Virus record (IMG/VR): IMGVR_UViG_3300043410_000857
Span: 1,272-65,271 of that record
Strand: one strand, 5' to 3'
Source of the DNA: a virus
Lineage: Duplodnaviria > Caudoviricetes
Length of the DNA: 64,000 nucleotides
The stretch's first letter is position 1; each line of letters starts with the position of its first letter. Below are positions 48,233-57,879 of this stretch, piece after piece. The position numbers were made by a program, and so were the translations under genes. Below the pieces are notes generated by a model. The model had not been told where the DNA came from. It worked only from the letters and a program-made list of their open reading frames with translations, and ran no database searches.

Positions 48233-49363
48233 TTAAGCTGTGTATGTACCTGAACCAGAGGTCCACTTGATAATTGTATTAGAACCTGATGTAGTAATTG
48301 TTGGGCTACCTGTTGTAGTACCTGAGTATACTGCAGTAGGTACTGAAAGAATAACTACACCTGAACCGCCATTACCTCCTGGTCCATCTCCTGGGTTACT
48401 AAATGCACCGCCACCACCGCCGCCACCAGTGTTTGCAGTTCCTGCAGTTCCTGCATTTGATGGTCCAGATCCCCCTGCACCACCTCCGCTAGACGCTGTT
48501 CCTCCAGCTGTACTTAATGGCGCTCTTATGTCTCCACCTCCGCCACCACCTCCAGCATAACCAACAGGTGTGCCAGTAATAGAGTTAGAAGTTCCTGTTC
48601 CACCCGCACCAGCTGGTGCTACTAAACCTCCAGGAGCAGCATTAGTTCCGTTACTTGATGCTCCACCGCCTCCAGCACCTAAACCATATGTACTATAGTT
48701 AGTACTAAATCCACCACTATTACCTTGTCCAGGAGTTCCTGCATATCCTGAGTATGTACCGAATCCACCACTTGCTCCACCTCCAGAACCTCCAGTAGCT
48801 CCAGCAGCACCAAATGATGTTCCAGCACCTCCACCTACTGCGGTAGTAGCGCCTGTAAATGTTGAGTTTGATCCAGAAGAAGATGCAGCATTTCTACTTG
48901 TTGCTCCAGAACCACCAGCTCCAACGACAGCTGTATAAACAGTTCCTGATCCTAAATTTATAGTAAATGATCCAGTAATATAACCACCAGCGCCGCCACC
49001 TCCGCCTTGTGTTGATCCTCCACCAGCGCCTCCAGCAACGACTAAATAAGTTGCTGTACCAGATGCACCTGAAGTACCAGCATTAGCCCATGATGAATAT
49101 GTAGCATTGTAAACTTCAATTTGATTAGTTGTTGTATTGTATCCAGTTGTACCTGTTGGAGGTGTTGAAGGACGTGTACCTGTAGTCCATGTAGGAAGAT
49201 TTAATTGACCAGAAGCTGATAATGCACCAGTAATTGTAAGTCCAGTAGAAGTTAAAGTAGCTACTGTAGATCCATTTGATTGAAGTCCTATTTGTCCTGA
49301 TGAGTCACCCGTTGTGACTATACCACCAGCTCCTGTTGTGATTGCATTTATCGTTGATGCCAT
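48233..49363 (-). CDS. Glycine-rich tail fibre / receptor-binding protein 1
   Basis: LPTWTTGTRPS..G.TGYNT module plus polyglycine domain. Confidence 0.75.
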   Translation of the reverse strand: MASTINAITTGAGGIVTTGDSSGQIGLQSNGSTVATLTSTGLTITGALSASGQLNLPTWTTGTRPSTPPTGTTGYNTTTNQIEVYNATYSSWANAGTSGASGTATYLVVAGGAGGGSTQGGGGGAGGYITGSFTINLGSGTVYTAVVGAGGSGATSRNAASSSGSNSTFTGATTAVGGGAGTSFGAAGATGGSGGGASGGFGTYSGYAGTPGQGNSGGFSTNYSTYGLGAGGGGASSNGTNAAPGGLVAPAGAGGTGTSNSITGTPVGYAGGGGGGGDIRAPLSTAGGTASSGGGAGGSGPSNAGTAGTANTGGGGGGGAFSNPGDGPGGNGGSGVVILSVPTAVYSGTTTGSPTITTSGSNTIIKWTSGSGTYTA

Positions 49364-49376
49364 TGTGTTCTCCTAA

Positions 49377-50345
49377 TTATAATACTAACCAAGTACTGTC
49401 AGTTGGCACTGTGACAGAGATACCTGAGTTGATTGTGATTGGGCCAACGCTTGATGCATTGTAGCCAGTTGAAATAGATTGGTTTTCTGTAATTGTATAT
49501 GCATTTTGCCATAGACCTGTATCAGTTTTATTACCGCCACCTAATGGACCCCAAGAGGTACCATCGTAACCTTCAAATTTATTTGTCGTTGTGTTAAATC
49601 TTACCATACCTGCAGTCGGTGTGCCAGGTTCTTCTGCGGTAGTACCTGTTGGTAGAGTGATAGATCCTGTACCACTAAATATTAAGTTATTAGGTATAAC
49701 CGCTGTACCTGCATTGAAGGTAACTGTGTCAGATGAAGCATCGCCTAGTGTTACATTACCTGTTGTTTGTAATGTTGTAAATTTACCAGTATTAGCAGTT
49801 GTAGCGCCAATAGAACCGTTTAAAGCACCACCTGTAGAATTTAATGTAGTAAATCCACCTGTTGACGGAGTGATAGAACCTATAGGTGTATTCTCAATAT
49901 CCCCGCCTAATATATACGCAGCACTTGATAGAATCTCACCTTCAAAGAAACTTAGTGTGGATTTAATACCAGCGCCTGTACTAAATACTTGGCCTGTAGT
50001 TCCTGCTGGAATGGTATAAGTTGTACCAGTTGAATTTTTAACAGTAACATCGTCTGCTAATTCATTAGCAACTAAATAGAATTTTTCAATATCTGGCACG
50101 GTTAAATTACGAGCACCACCAGAAGTACCAGTAAGTCTTAGTCTTAAATTACGAGCAGTTTGAGAACCATTAGTATTAGTGAGGGTTAGCGTTACATCAG
50201 CACTTGAAAAAGATACGTCAGCTGAGCCTGTAATAGCTTCTTCAATCGCTGTACCTAAATTGGTATTCGTAGTCGTACCCCAGGTACCAGACTGATCGCC
50301 TGTCCCGATGAGCTCTATTTTTAGGTTTGAATAGGTGCTTGCCAT
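49377..50345 (-). CDS. Tail fibre / fibre-attachment protein
   Basis: MASTYS..KIELIGTGDQSGTWG, LPTGTTA..GMVRFN..FEGY, C-terminal GPITI..VTVP..WLVL. Confidence 0.7.
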   Translation of the reverse strand: MASTYSNLKIELIGTGDQSGTWGTTTNTNLGTAIEEAITGSADVSFSSADVTLTLTNTNGSQTARNLRLRLTGTSGGARNLTVPDIEKFYLVANELADDVTVKNSTGTTYTIPAGTTGQVFSTGAGIKSTLSFFEGEILSSAAYILGGDIENTPIGSITPSTGGFTTLNSTGGALNGSIGATTANTGKFTTLQTTGNVTLGDASSDTVTFNAGTAVIPNNLIFSGTGSITLPTGTTAEEPGTPTAGMVRFNTTTNKFEGYDGTSWGPLGGGNKTDTGLWQNAYTITENQSISTGYNASSVGPITINSGISVTVPTDSTWLVL

Positions 50346-50377
50346 AAATCGTCCTTTTTATATTTCCGTATTATACC

Positions 50378-51346
50378 TTAACTACAAGGTTGTTTTGTAT
50401 CAATATCGTTCCAACTTGGTGTTTGAGCATCGTTTACATCTACCCATACGCCAGTAGGTGTTGTTATTCCTGTCCATCCAGCAGACTGACTATCGTCGAC
50501 TTTAAACCAGCCGTTATAGCATAATGAATCTACTAAAGTTATAGCTTCTGCTACAGTAGGGTTAAAATTAGCTACTACTACATAAGTATCTGTAATACCT
50601 ACATTATCGACAATTGTTACATTATAAGCAAAAGATGCGTTTGTATCGTCTGTATAAGTAGCTGATTCGTCAACCTCAACATAGAATACAAATCCTGCTT
50701 CATAAACATCTGATAAAGTAATCGTATCATCAATTACATCATAATAATCAGCATTACCTATTTCTTCATCTGTAAATGTAGCACTTTCATCAATAGCGCC
50801 TACAAAGTCAGCTTGAGCATCTTCAGTATCTGTAAATGTAATTGCTTCAGCTTCTATTCCTGCAAAGTCAGCTTGTGCTGCTTCTGTTGTAGTTAATGTT
50901 ATTGTTTCTTCGTCTAATCCTACAAAGCCAGCATTAGCATTCTCAGTTGTATCTAATGTAGAAGTTTCATCGGTTTCAGCTGTAAATTTAACTAAAGTTG
51001 ATACAACTTCGCTTAGTGGGAATAATTCCGCTACACTAGCACTTGTATCCCAAGCACCATACTCTTCTGTAGTAAGCGCTAAACTTTCATCATTTGCAGC
51101 ATATGTATTCCAAGTAGCTGTAGTTTCTGCATCAATATTAACTGAATCATCAGTAGCTACAAAGAAATTAAAATTAGATGGAGAATCATCATTAACTGTA
51201 AATGCCTCATCAACTTGCCCAGCATAATCAACTTTAGATATAGCATATATATCACTTAAACTATAACTTTCAGTTACTGCTACATCATACTTTGTTCCAC
51301 CTAGTGAAGCAAAAGGTGCTTGAGCAAAGGTCGATAAACCAAACAT
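50378..51346 (-). CDS. Acidic repeat structural protein
   Basis: MFGLSTFAQAPFASLG start, ~20-aa acidic repeats, C-terminal W-x-x-[IV] repeats. Confidence 0.65.
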   Translation of the reverse strand: MFGLSTFAQAPFASLGGTKYDVAVTESYSLSDIYAISKVDYAGQVDEAFTVNDDSPSNFNFFVATDDSVNIDAETTATWNTYAANDESLALTTEEYGAWDTSASVAELFPLSEVVSTLVKFTAETDETSTLDTTENANAGFVGLDEETITLTTTEAAQADFAGIEAEAITFTDTEDAQADFVGAIDESATFTDEEIGNADYYDVIDDTITLSDVYEAGFVFYVEVDESATYTDDTNASFAYNVTIVDNVGITDTYVVVANFNPTVAEAITLVDSLCYNGWFKVDDSQSAGWTGITTPTGVWVDVNDAQTPSWNDIDTKQPCS

Positions 51347-51347
51347 G

Positions 51348-53021
51348 TTACAACACCAACCAACGAGATCCTGAAGGTATTGTTACCGCTGCACCAGAAG
51401 CTACAGTCATAGGGCCAGCTGCAATTGCGTTAGATCCCGCAGGTATAGAATAGCTTGTTGATACAGTTGAACTATGAACTAACATACCATTTGAAGCTAC
51501 AATTTCAGGTGCCGCTAAAGCACCAGTCGATGGTGTGAAGTTTAACTTAGTACTTGTAACACTAAGACCTGATACAGATCCAGATGTAGCACTTGTAAAT
51601 GTTGGGTAAATTGCTGTAGCAGTAGATGTATCATTAGTAATCGTAACACCAGAAGATGAAGCTACCCAAGAAGCTGTTGTACCATTAGAAGTTAATACAT
51701 AACCATTAGCACCTATACCTAATCTTGTAGCGCTATTAGTACCATTACCTAATATTAAATCACCTGTAGTTGTAATAGGGCTTAATGCATTAAATGCGGC
51801 AGACGCTGTAGTTTGTCCTGTACCGCCATAACCTATTGCTAAAGTTCCTGCTACTGTAACCGCACCTTGTGTTGCTGTTGATGGTGTTAACCCTGTAGAA
51901 CCAAAACTAATTGATGTGACACCAACGCTTGTAGCCGCAGTCCATTGAGGACCTGAACCTGATGACGTTAAAACATATCCATTGGTACCAATACCTAGTT
52001 TAGATAATGTTGAAGTGCCGGATGCATATAACAAGTCACCAGTTGTATAAGAACTATTTCCTGTACCACCAGCTGAAGCTGGAAGTGTTCCACTTGTTAA
52101 AGCAGAAGTTGATGTTGCATATAAAGCTCCACCAGAAGTAAATGATGTTAGCCCTGTACCACCATAACCTGTAGCAATTGTTGTACCTTGCCATGTAGCA
52201 TTAGATACTATAGCTCCGCCTAAATCAGCAGATAATGTACCCCAATTAACTTCACTAGGTAATGAGCCAAATCTACCCCATACACCATTTGATGTACTAG
52301 ATGATTCTAAGAATACAGTAGCATAACCGCCTGCAGCAACAGTATCAATCGCACCACTACCATTATTAACTATGTATAAATTACCACTAGAATCATTATC
52401 AAATAAAAATGATGTGCCAACAGTTAACGTAGTAGCATCAGGTAATTGAAAGGTTTGAGTAGTAGATCCTGTTAATCTTTGGAAATAAGTAGACGCCGCA
52501 GTAAGAACTGTTGTACCAGCAGCTGAAACAGTAGAAGTCCAACCAGGAATAGTATTGTTATATACAATGTTAGCATTACTGTCTCGTAATACTACAGAAT
52601 TAGCTCCTGATGAAGTCGTTACACCTGTACCGCCATAAGAAACACCAACCGTAGTTCCTTGCCAAGTGCCAGACGCAATGGTACCTAAAGGAGTAACATT
52701 ACCAGAGCTATCTAGGTTAACCGACTTTTCAGCGGGGTATGTAAGAAAGACTTGAGCTAATCCACCAGACAATGTAATAGGAGAAGTATTACCTGATGAG
52801 TTAGATAGAACAGTAGTACGGGCTAGTGTAGGACCAGAAGTTGAATATGTACCAATACCTACTTCCCAGTTAGCACCATCTGTAATAGTGTAATAGGTAG
52901 TATTGCCATTTCCAACAACAGCAAACGATTGGAATCCGCTAACTGCACCGAGTAAGGTTACTGAACCTGTACCCGATGTAGTCGTGGTTTCCTGGACACG
53001 ATCATAGACCACTAGAGCCAT
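51348..53021 (-). CDS. Tail fibre protein
   Basis: DRVQETTTTSGTG, WEVGIGTY, repeated GGTG / GTNGYVLTS units. Confidence 0.75.
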   Translation of the reverse strand: MALVVYDRVQETTTTSGTGSVTLLGAVSGFQSFAVVGNGNTTYYTITDGANWEVGIGTYSTSGPTLARTTVLSNSSGNTSPITLSGGLAQVFLTYPAEKSVNLDSSGNVTPLGTIASGTWQGTTVGVSYGGTGVTTSSGANSVVLRDSNANIVYNNTIPGWTSTVSAAGTTVLTAASTYFQRLTGSTTQTFQLPDATTLTVGTSFLFDNDSSGNLYIVNNGSGAIDTVAAGGYATVFLESSSTSNGVWGRFGSLPSEVNWGTLSADLGGAIVSNATWQGTTIATGYGGTGLTSFTSGGALYATSTSALTSGTLPASAGGTGNSSYTTGDLLYASGTSTLSKLGIGTNGYVLTSSGSGPQWTAATSVGVTSISFGSTGLTPSTATQGAVTVAGTLAIGYGGTGQTTASAAFNALSPITTTGDLILGNGTNSATRLGIGANGYVLTSNGTTASWVASSSGVTITNDTSTATAIYPTFTSATSGSVSGLSVTSTKLNFTPSTGALAAPEIVASNGMLVHSSTVSTSYSIPAGSNAIAAGPMTVASGAAVTIPSGSRWLVL

Positions 53022-53031
53022 TTAGGACTCC

Positions 53032-53628
53032 TTAGCCTGCAGCTGATAAAGTATATGTTACGTTAATTGTATCGCCAGATGTTACAGTTTTAGATCCAGC
53101 AGTAAAGTTACCTGCAGAGAACAATGTACCTGTCGTATTATCAATAGATGATGAACCACCAACATTAATAAATGCACCTGTTACAGTGCCAGAACCTGTC
53201 ATTGAAAATACTACGGCAGTTGCTGTAGATAATACTGATGGGTTAGCATTCGTAGCTGCACTAAATGATGGTGTTTTTCTATTGCCTGAATATGTAGGTG
53301 CGTGTGCTGATCCTGCTTCATACCATCCTGCATGAGATGCTTGTGTATCTGTATATGCTGGTGTTGAAGTACTAGAACCATTATTAGTCATAAGACCCAT
53401 AACAACTGCACCGCCACCTGTGTTAGCAAAGTATGAATCTAGTAAGTTTTCACGGCCTACATTTGTTGTTAAATTGTCAAAGCCATCAGTCCATTTGATA
53501 TTGCCATTTTTATCATAGCAAGTAAATGTGTAATGACCTTCAAGACCAACTTGATCAGCTGACCCTGCGTTTCTTGTCACGGATGCGTCTACTGAATCAC
53601 CCATTCCAAATTTGTCTATATTGCTCAT
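53032..53628 (-). CDS. Virion structural protein
   Basis: Beta-rich; GTLFSAG.F...VTSGDTINVTY. Confidence 0.6.
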   Translation of the reverse strand: MSNIDKFGMGDSVDASVTRNAGSADQVGLEGHYTFTCYDKNGNIKWTDGFDNLTTNVGRENLLDSYFANTGGGAVVMGLMTNNGSSTSTPAYTDTQASHAGWYEAGSAHAPTYSGNRKTPSFSAATNANPSVLSTATAVVFSMTGSGTVTGAFINVGGSSSIDNTTGTLFSAGNFTAGSKTVTSGDTINVTYTLSAAG

Positions 53629-53638
53629 AATTACTCCT

Positions 53639-54064
53639 TTAGTTAATTCTTAATACAGCAGTGGTTGAAGTTGCTGTAGGAAATTGGATTGTAAAAGTGG
53701 ATGTCGCTACCTTTTCTCCACCAAAATTTAATACTGCGACTGATGCATTTGTAGTGCTATTATATATCAAAGCGCCAGCAGCGGTAAAATTTGCAGGACT
53801 CCATGTCACATTAGCGAACGTCACATAGGCTGTATTATTACTTGTATCACTACCAATCGTAGGAGTTAAAACTTTACCCCCAGCAACATAGCCTGTACCC
53901 GTAATTTCATGGTCTGTTGTATATGCAGTAGTTTCGCTATTAATAGTAGCCGTTGCATCATACAAAGCAATCTTATATGTATAAGGCGATGTGCCTGTAA
54001 AATTCTCTAGACCTTGTAATAAATTAAGTTTAAAGGTCGTGGTTTGTGCTTGTCCTAATATCAT
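53639..54064 (-). CDS. Virion structural protein
   Basis: KIALY, EITGTGYVAGG, GALIYN, VLNFG. Confidence 0.65.
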   Translation of the reverse strand: MILGQAQTTTFKLNLLQGLENFTGTSPYTYKIALYDATATINSETTAYTTDHEITGTGYVAGGKVLTPTIGSDTSNNTAYVTFANVTWSPANFTAAGALIYNSTTNASVAVLNFGGEKVATSTFTIQFPTATSTTAVLRIN

Positions 54065-54705
54065 GTTCTAACTGGAACCCTAACTTGACCAGAACGATAA
54101 GCATCTTGTCTATTCTTACCATCACCAAGTTGAATTAATAATTGCATCGCATCATCATAACGTTTTTGATACTCAGTTATAACGTCTTGCTCACCCTTCA
54201 TATAGGTATAAGCTTCTAATAATGAACCGTATAAAAGAACAGAACTAAAGTTATCACCTAACCAAGTTTGTCCTCCAGCCACTGTCGTAATTGACTCAGG
54301 ATAATAAAAATAATGTAGTTCAACATTGTAACTAGCATCAGGTGTCGGGCCTACGATAAACGCAGAATTATCAAACACTGCATAATATTGAGGTTCACCA
54401 TAAAAATCTGAATCCGTATCTGGAAACGATTGTCTAATAAAGTTCACATCTTTATTTAATAAGTAATTATACTCGTTAGCAGCATTGATCACGGCTAAGC
54501 TAAACGTAGATAACCAATTAGTAGGTATCGCTAAATATTTATTACCTGCAGTTAATGTACCTGTTACATTCTTACGCAAAGCAGGAAGCTGCACTGAGTT
54601 ATAGATACGTTGTTCTGCTTGGGTTATAAAAGTATTTATATCCGCTGTTTGAAACGTATTCTCAGTGTAGCTTTGTATCTCGTTAACTAGCTGTGTATAG
54701 TTCAT
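54061..54705 (-). CDS. Head-tail adaptor / tail tubular protein A-like
   Basis: MNYTQL..IQSY.E, FITQAEQRI, PQYYA, GPTPD, LLYGSLLEAY. Confidence 0.7.
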   Translation of the reverse strand: MNYTQLVNEIQSYTENTFQTADINTFITQAEQRIYNSVQLPALRKNVTGTLTAGNKYLAIPTNWLSTFSLAVINAANEYNYLLNKDVNFIRQSFPDTDSDFYGEPQYYAVFDNSAFIVGPTPDASYNVELHYFYYPESITTVAGGQTWLGDNFSSVLLYGSLLEAYTYMKGEQDVITEYQKRYDDAMQLLIQLGDGKNRQDAYRSGQVRVPVRT

Positions 54706-54708
54706 TTA

Positions 54709-54924
54709 TTACGCCATAGGGCCACGAGCTTTAGTACCTTTTGTAGCTGCACCACAACCACGGATTGTAATACCGTCTGTTTTAATAGCACGAGCAGGAT
54801 CGCCTACGCTTACACGTTGTACGCCTGTCTTTGGGCTAATCTGTTGTGACTTTAGTTTATTAGGATCTTCACTAAAATGAATATCTGCATTAGGTACATT
54901 TACGGGCTGTTTATATTCTGCCAT
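54709..54924 (-). CDS. Small basic late protein
   Basis: RGCGAATKGTKARGPMA C-terminus. Confidence 0.7.
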   Translation of the reverse strand: MAEYKQPVNVPNADIHFSEDPNKLKSQQISPKTGVQRVSVGDPARAIKTDGITIRGCGAATKGTKARGPMA

Positions 54925-54929
54925 GTTAA

Positions 54930-55124
54930 TTATCCTTTTTTCTGTGCTGCGACTTTAGCTAAACCACGACCCATTTTTTTCATGTCAGCATTAGTTTTAC
55001 CACCTTTGCTACCTGATTCTTTTGGACCATTTTGAATAGCTACCTTAGCACCATCATCACCTAAATTACGACCTTTGGTTTTACCTTTTTTAGTAATACC
55101 GTCAGCTGCTGATCTATATGCCAT
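54930..55124 (-). CDS. Small basic late protein
   Basis: ADGITKKGKTKG motif; AAGGAG RBS. Confidence 0.7.
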   Translation of the reverse strand: MAYRSAADGITKKGKTKGRNLGDDGAKVAIQNGPKESGSKGGKTNADMKKMGRGLAKVAAQKKG

Positions 55125-55134
55125 ATACTTCTCC

Positions 55135-55566
55135 TTATGTTGTTGTTACTGTTACTGTGCCTACATTACCTATTGCAACTAGATCATTAGGCGTTAATCC
55201 AGCATCGTTTGCTCTTGAACCACCTACAGGATTCCATCCCCATTGAATAATTCTACTACCCAATAGTGGAACACCAGTTTGTAGTGGTGAAACTCCGGTA
55301 CCTGCTTCTGCTTGTAATCCATCTAAACCAGACTGATAATAACTTGGGCTATCAGGTCTTGGATCGCGTATAGCTTGTGGATCATAAACTGGATATAGAC
55401 CAAGACTTAATTGAGGTTGATCTGGTTCCCAGCAAGTTTTGCATACGAGTATATTAACATTTTTGGTCTTAATAACCAATCGTTTTAACTCGGTTAATTT
55501 ATATCTAAAGTTACAGCGATCACACTGGGCAATCGCATTTTTACCACTAGCGTATTTGGTTCCCAT
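55135..55566 (-). CDS. Zn-finger virion-associated protein
   Basis: CDRC...CxxC, QPQL, DPQAIRDPRPD. Confidence 0.7.
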   Translation of the reverse strand: MGTKYASGKNAIAQCDRCNFRYKLTELKRLVIKTKNVNILVCKTCWEPDQPQLSLGLYPVYDPQAIRDPRPDSPSYYQSGLDGLQAEAGTGVSPLQTGVPLLGSRIIQWGWNPVGGSRANDAGLTPNDLVAIGNVGTVTVTTT

Positions 55567-55568
55567 GA

Positions 55569-56507
55569 CTAGTTTCTATAATAGAACATATCTCTAGGTA
55601 CGAAGCGAACTGATGCTTTTTCACGGTCTTCATCTGCAGCTAACTGGAATGACTCATCATAAGCTGCCTTTAACATCTGTATTCTTGGTTCTGCACCTGG
55701 TAATTTTAAACTTAAATAGTAAGCCAATCCTGCCACCATAGGTGGAATAAATCTAAACGGAATATCTTCAATCGTTAGACCATTACCTGCATCTTGAATA
55801 CGTCTTAATCTGTAATATACAAATTGATAAAAGTTGCTTTGATCAGGCGCTGGCCATACATTCACTGTAGGTAAGTTTTGCACATAGATTTTAGCACCGA
55901 TTGCATGTGACGCGATGGCCGTATTATTTACAGCTCGGATACATCCAGTAATTGTGTTACCACTTATACCACCATATTGAATCGTTTCTTCGCCAATCTT
56001 AATAAAACCAAATTGAGCTAAGCCCACAGTTGAAGAAAGAGTTATAGTATCGTCTGCAGTTGTATCAGTAGCAGTTAAAGTTTCTGCTAATAAAAGATCC
56101 GTAGGACTTGTCATACCACTTTGTCTATTAATCCATACTTGGATAGGACGACCTGTAGCATTTTTATTAGGGATTGTAAGATACGTAGATTCAGAAATAC
56201 GATTAATATTAATGTCTTGTTGAGTAGAACCTGAACCTGTACGGGTTACCATATCTAATAAATCAATCGTATCCACAGGTAATGGATACATAATCTGACC
56301 TTGATTTAACGTGATTTGACCTGGTTCAATGGTCCACATATTAATACCACGATTAGCCCATTCAGCTGTCATAATATTAAGTGAACGACGTGCAGTTCTT
56401 AAGTCGTACCCAGTACGTAACTCTTGACCACAACGTTCAAACGCATCTTCAACTAAGTTATTTAAATCTAAGTTAAAGGTCGAGGTACCTGAAGTTAATT
56501 CAGCCAT
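55569..56507 (-). CDS. Head-tail connector-like structural protein
   Basis: AFERCG, TARRSLN..AEWANRG, GRPIQ, PFRF...GLAYYL. Confidence 0.65.
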   Translation of the reverse strand: MAELTSGTSTFNLDLNNLVEDAFERCGQELRTGYDLRTARRSLNIMTAEWANRGINMWTIEPGQITLNQGQIMYPLPVDTIDLLDMVTRTGSGSTQQDININRISESTYLTIPNKNATGRPIQVWINRQSGMTSPTDLLLAETLTATDTTADDTITLSSTVGLAQFGFIKIGEETIQYGGISGNTITGCIRAVNNTAIASHAIGAKIYVQNLPTVNVWPAPDQSNFYQFVYYRLRRIQDAGNGLTIEDIPFRFIPPMVAGLAYYLSLKLPGAEPRIQMLKAAYDESFQLAADEDREKASVRFVPRDMFYYRN

Positions 56508-56771
56508 TTATTTTTTTCCTTTAGGAAATCCTGCCTTCATATTTGCATATGCTTCTGGCGTAATGGTAGATTTTGATTTTGATCTAGAAATACCTTTTTC
56601 TTTACGCTTATTTATATTTGCATATAATCCTACAGAACCACCTTTTTTATATAGTTCTACTTTGTTAGGATCATCTTTACGATGAATAATCTTTTTAGCA
56701 GGCATCTTACTTGGCATAGCACCAGGTATTTTAGTTTTCTTAATTGCGCCCATACCTCTACTCGCTCTCAT
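56508..56771 (-). CDS. Small basic late protein
   Basis: MRASRGMG, YKKGG, GLYANINKR. Confidence 0.7.
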   Translation of the reverse strand: MRASRGMGAIKKTKIPGAMPSKMPAKKIIHRKDDPNKVELYKKGGSVGLYANINKRKEKGISRSKSKSTITPEAYANMKAGFPKGKK

Positions 56772-57028
56772 TAAATAATACGTCCTCTTGATTTACCACG
56801 AACTGCGATACCGTTAGCTTTAGCTAATTGAGAAACTTTACCACCTTTAGCATATTTCTTAGCAGGTTTTTTAGTTGGTAATGGGCCCATATCATTTTCT
56901 GTAGGAGGCTGGATTTTACCTTCATGTAAATTTTGCCAAGTTTTTTCAGCATTCTCTGCTTGTGCTTTTTGAGCTGCTTCAGTTTCTTTTTTTAATCTAT
57001 CTGCTGCTTGTTGGTTTGGATCTGCCAT
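56771..57028 (-). CDS. Small late protein
   Basis: YAKGG, NGIAVRGKSRG. Confidence 0.7.
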   Translation of the reverse strand: MADPNQQAADRLKKETEAAQKAQAENAEKTWQNLHEGKIQPPTENDMGPLPTKKPAKKYAKGGKVSQLAKANGIAVRGKSRGRII

Positions 57029-57030
57029 GA

Positions 57031-57459
57031 TTAACACATCTTTCCTTTAGTTTTACCACGAACTTCAATACCACCGCCACGTGCATATAATTTAGCACCG
57101 CGTTTTGATTTAGTTTGAACAGGATGTTCACCTTTAGAAGCTAGACGACCACCTTCTGCATAGCCTTTACACATACCACCTTTTTTAAGTGTTAACTTAG
57201 TGCCTTTGCTACCTTTGTGTTCTTGAGCATCATGTTGTTTGAATGCTTTTTTGATCATAGCCTTATCTTGAGCCATGTCCATTTTTGTATCTTCTTTCAT
57301 ATCTGATTTAGCCATACCGCCTCCTTTAAATTTTTTACCTTTATCGGCAGAAAGAAACTCTTCACCGACGCTTTGTTTGATACCAACTTTCTTAGCAAAC
57401 GCAGGATTTTTAGCTACGGCTGCCATTAAATTATGTTGTTTTTTAGATACACTAGGCAT
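57031..57459 (-). CDS. Small basic late protein
   Basis: MPSVSKKQHNLMAAVA; four xxxGG motifs; GIEVRGKTKG. Confidence 0.7.
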   Translation of the reverse strand: MPSVSKKQHNLMAAVAKNPAFAKKVGIKQSVGEEFLSADKGKKFKGGGMAKSDMKEDTKMDMAQDKAMIKKAFKQHDAQEHKGSKGTKLTLKKGGMCKGYAEGGRLASKGEHPVQTKSKRGAKLYARGGGIEVRGKTKGKMC

Positions 57460-57460
57460 A

Positions 57461-57652
57461 CTAATCTTTCTTATTTCTATCAATAAAATTTGGAAATTCT
57501 TCGTTGTCTTCTACTTTAGTTTCTACTTCAATAGCTTCGATAGCAGCTTCTGTAGCTTGCTCTGTAACTTCTGTAGTAATTGTTTCATCAAGTAATTCCT
57601 CTTGTTTTTTATTTTTCTTAGCCATAAAGACCCTTTCTATAAAAGCTTTCAT
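57461..57652 (-). CDS. Small acidic hypothetical protein
   Basis: Fills the gap in the late operon. Confidence 0.5.
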   Translation of the reverse strand: MKAFIERVFMAKKNKKQEELLDETITTEVTEQATEAAIEAIEVETKVEDNEEFPNFIDRNKKD

Positions 57653-57660
57653 ATTAATTC

Positions 57661-57879
57661 CTATTTAAGCCAGTGTGTCACTATCCAACTAATAATTGCT
57701 GATCCAACACCTGCAATAAATATAAACGCTTTCCAACCACCTTTGATTTCATTAAGTGTGTTCTCAATGGCATCAAGTCTTTTTTTCAATTCATTCATAT
57801 CTTCCATGAGAGTATCCACATCTGTTTGAATATGTTTAATTTCTACACCGTGTTCAGCTAATTCGCGTTCTGTACTCAT
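57661..57879 (-). CDS. Coiled-coil plus C-terminal TM protein (XhlA/holin-like)
   Basis: Coiled coil, KGGWK, TM helix. Confidence 0.55.
   Translation of the reverse strand: MSTERELAEHGVEIKHIQTDVDTLMEDMNELKKRLDAIENTLNEIKGGWKAFIFIAGVGSAIISWIVTHWLK

Noticed and set aside
43414-49363. Diversity-generating retroelement or shufflon acting on the repeated fibre 3' ends
   Set aside because: No reverse transcriptase or invertase. Paralogue ends differ mainly at synonymous positions rather than specifically at adenines, and all lie in the same orientation
43536-50019. Pro-rich + strand ORFs and Val-rich alternate-frame ORFs over the fibre genes
   Set aside because: Shadows of glycine codon runs (GGN read as CCN or in shifted frames); no RBS
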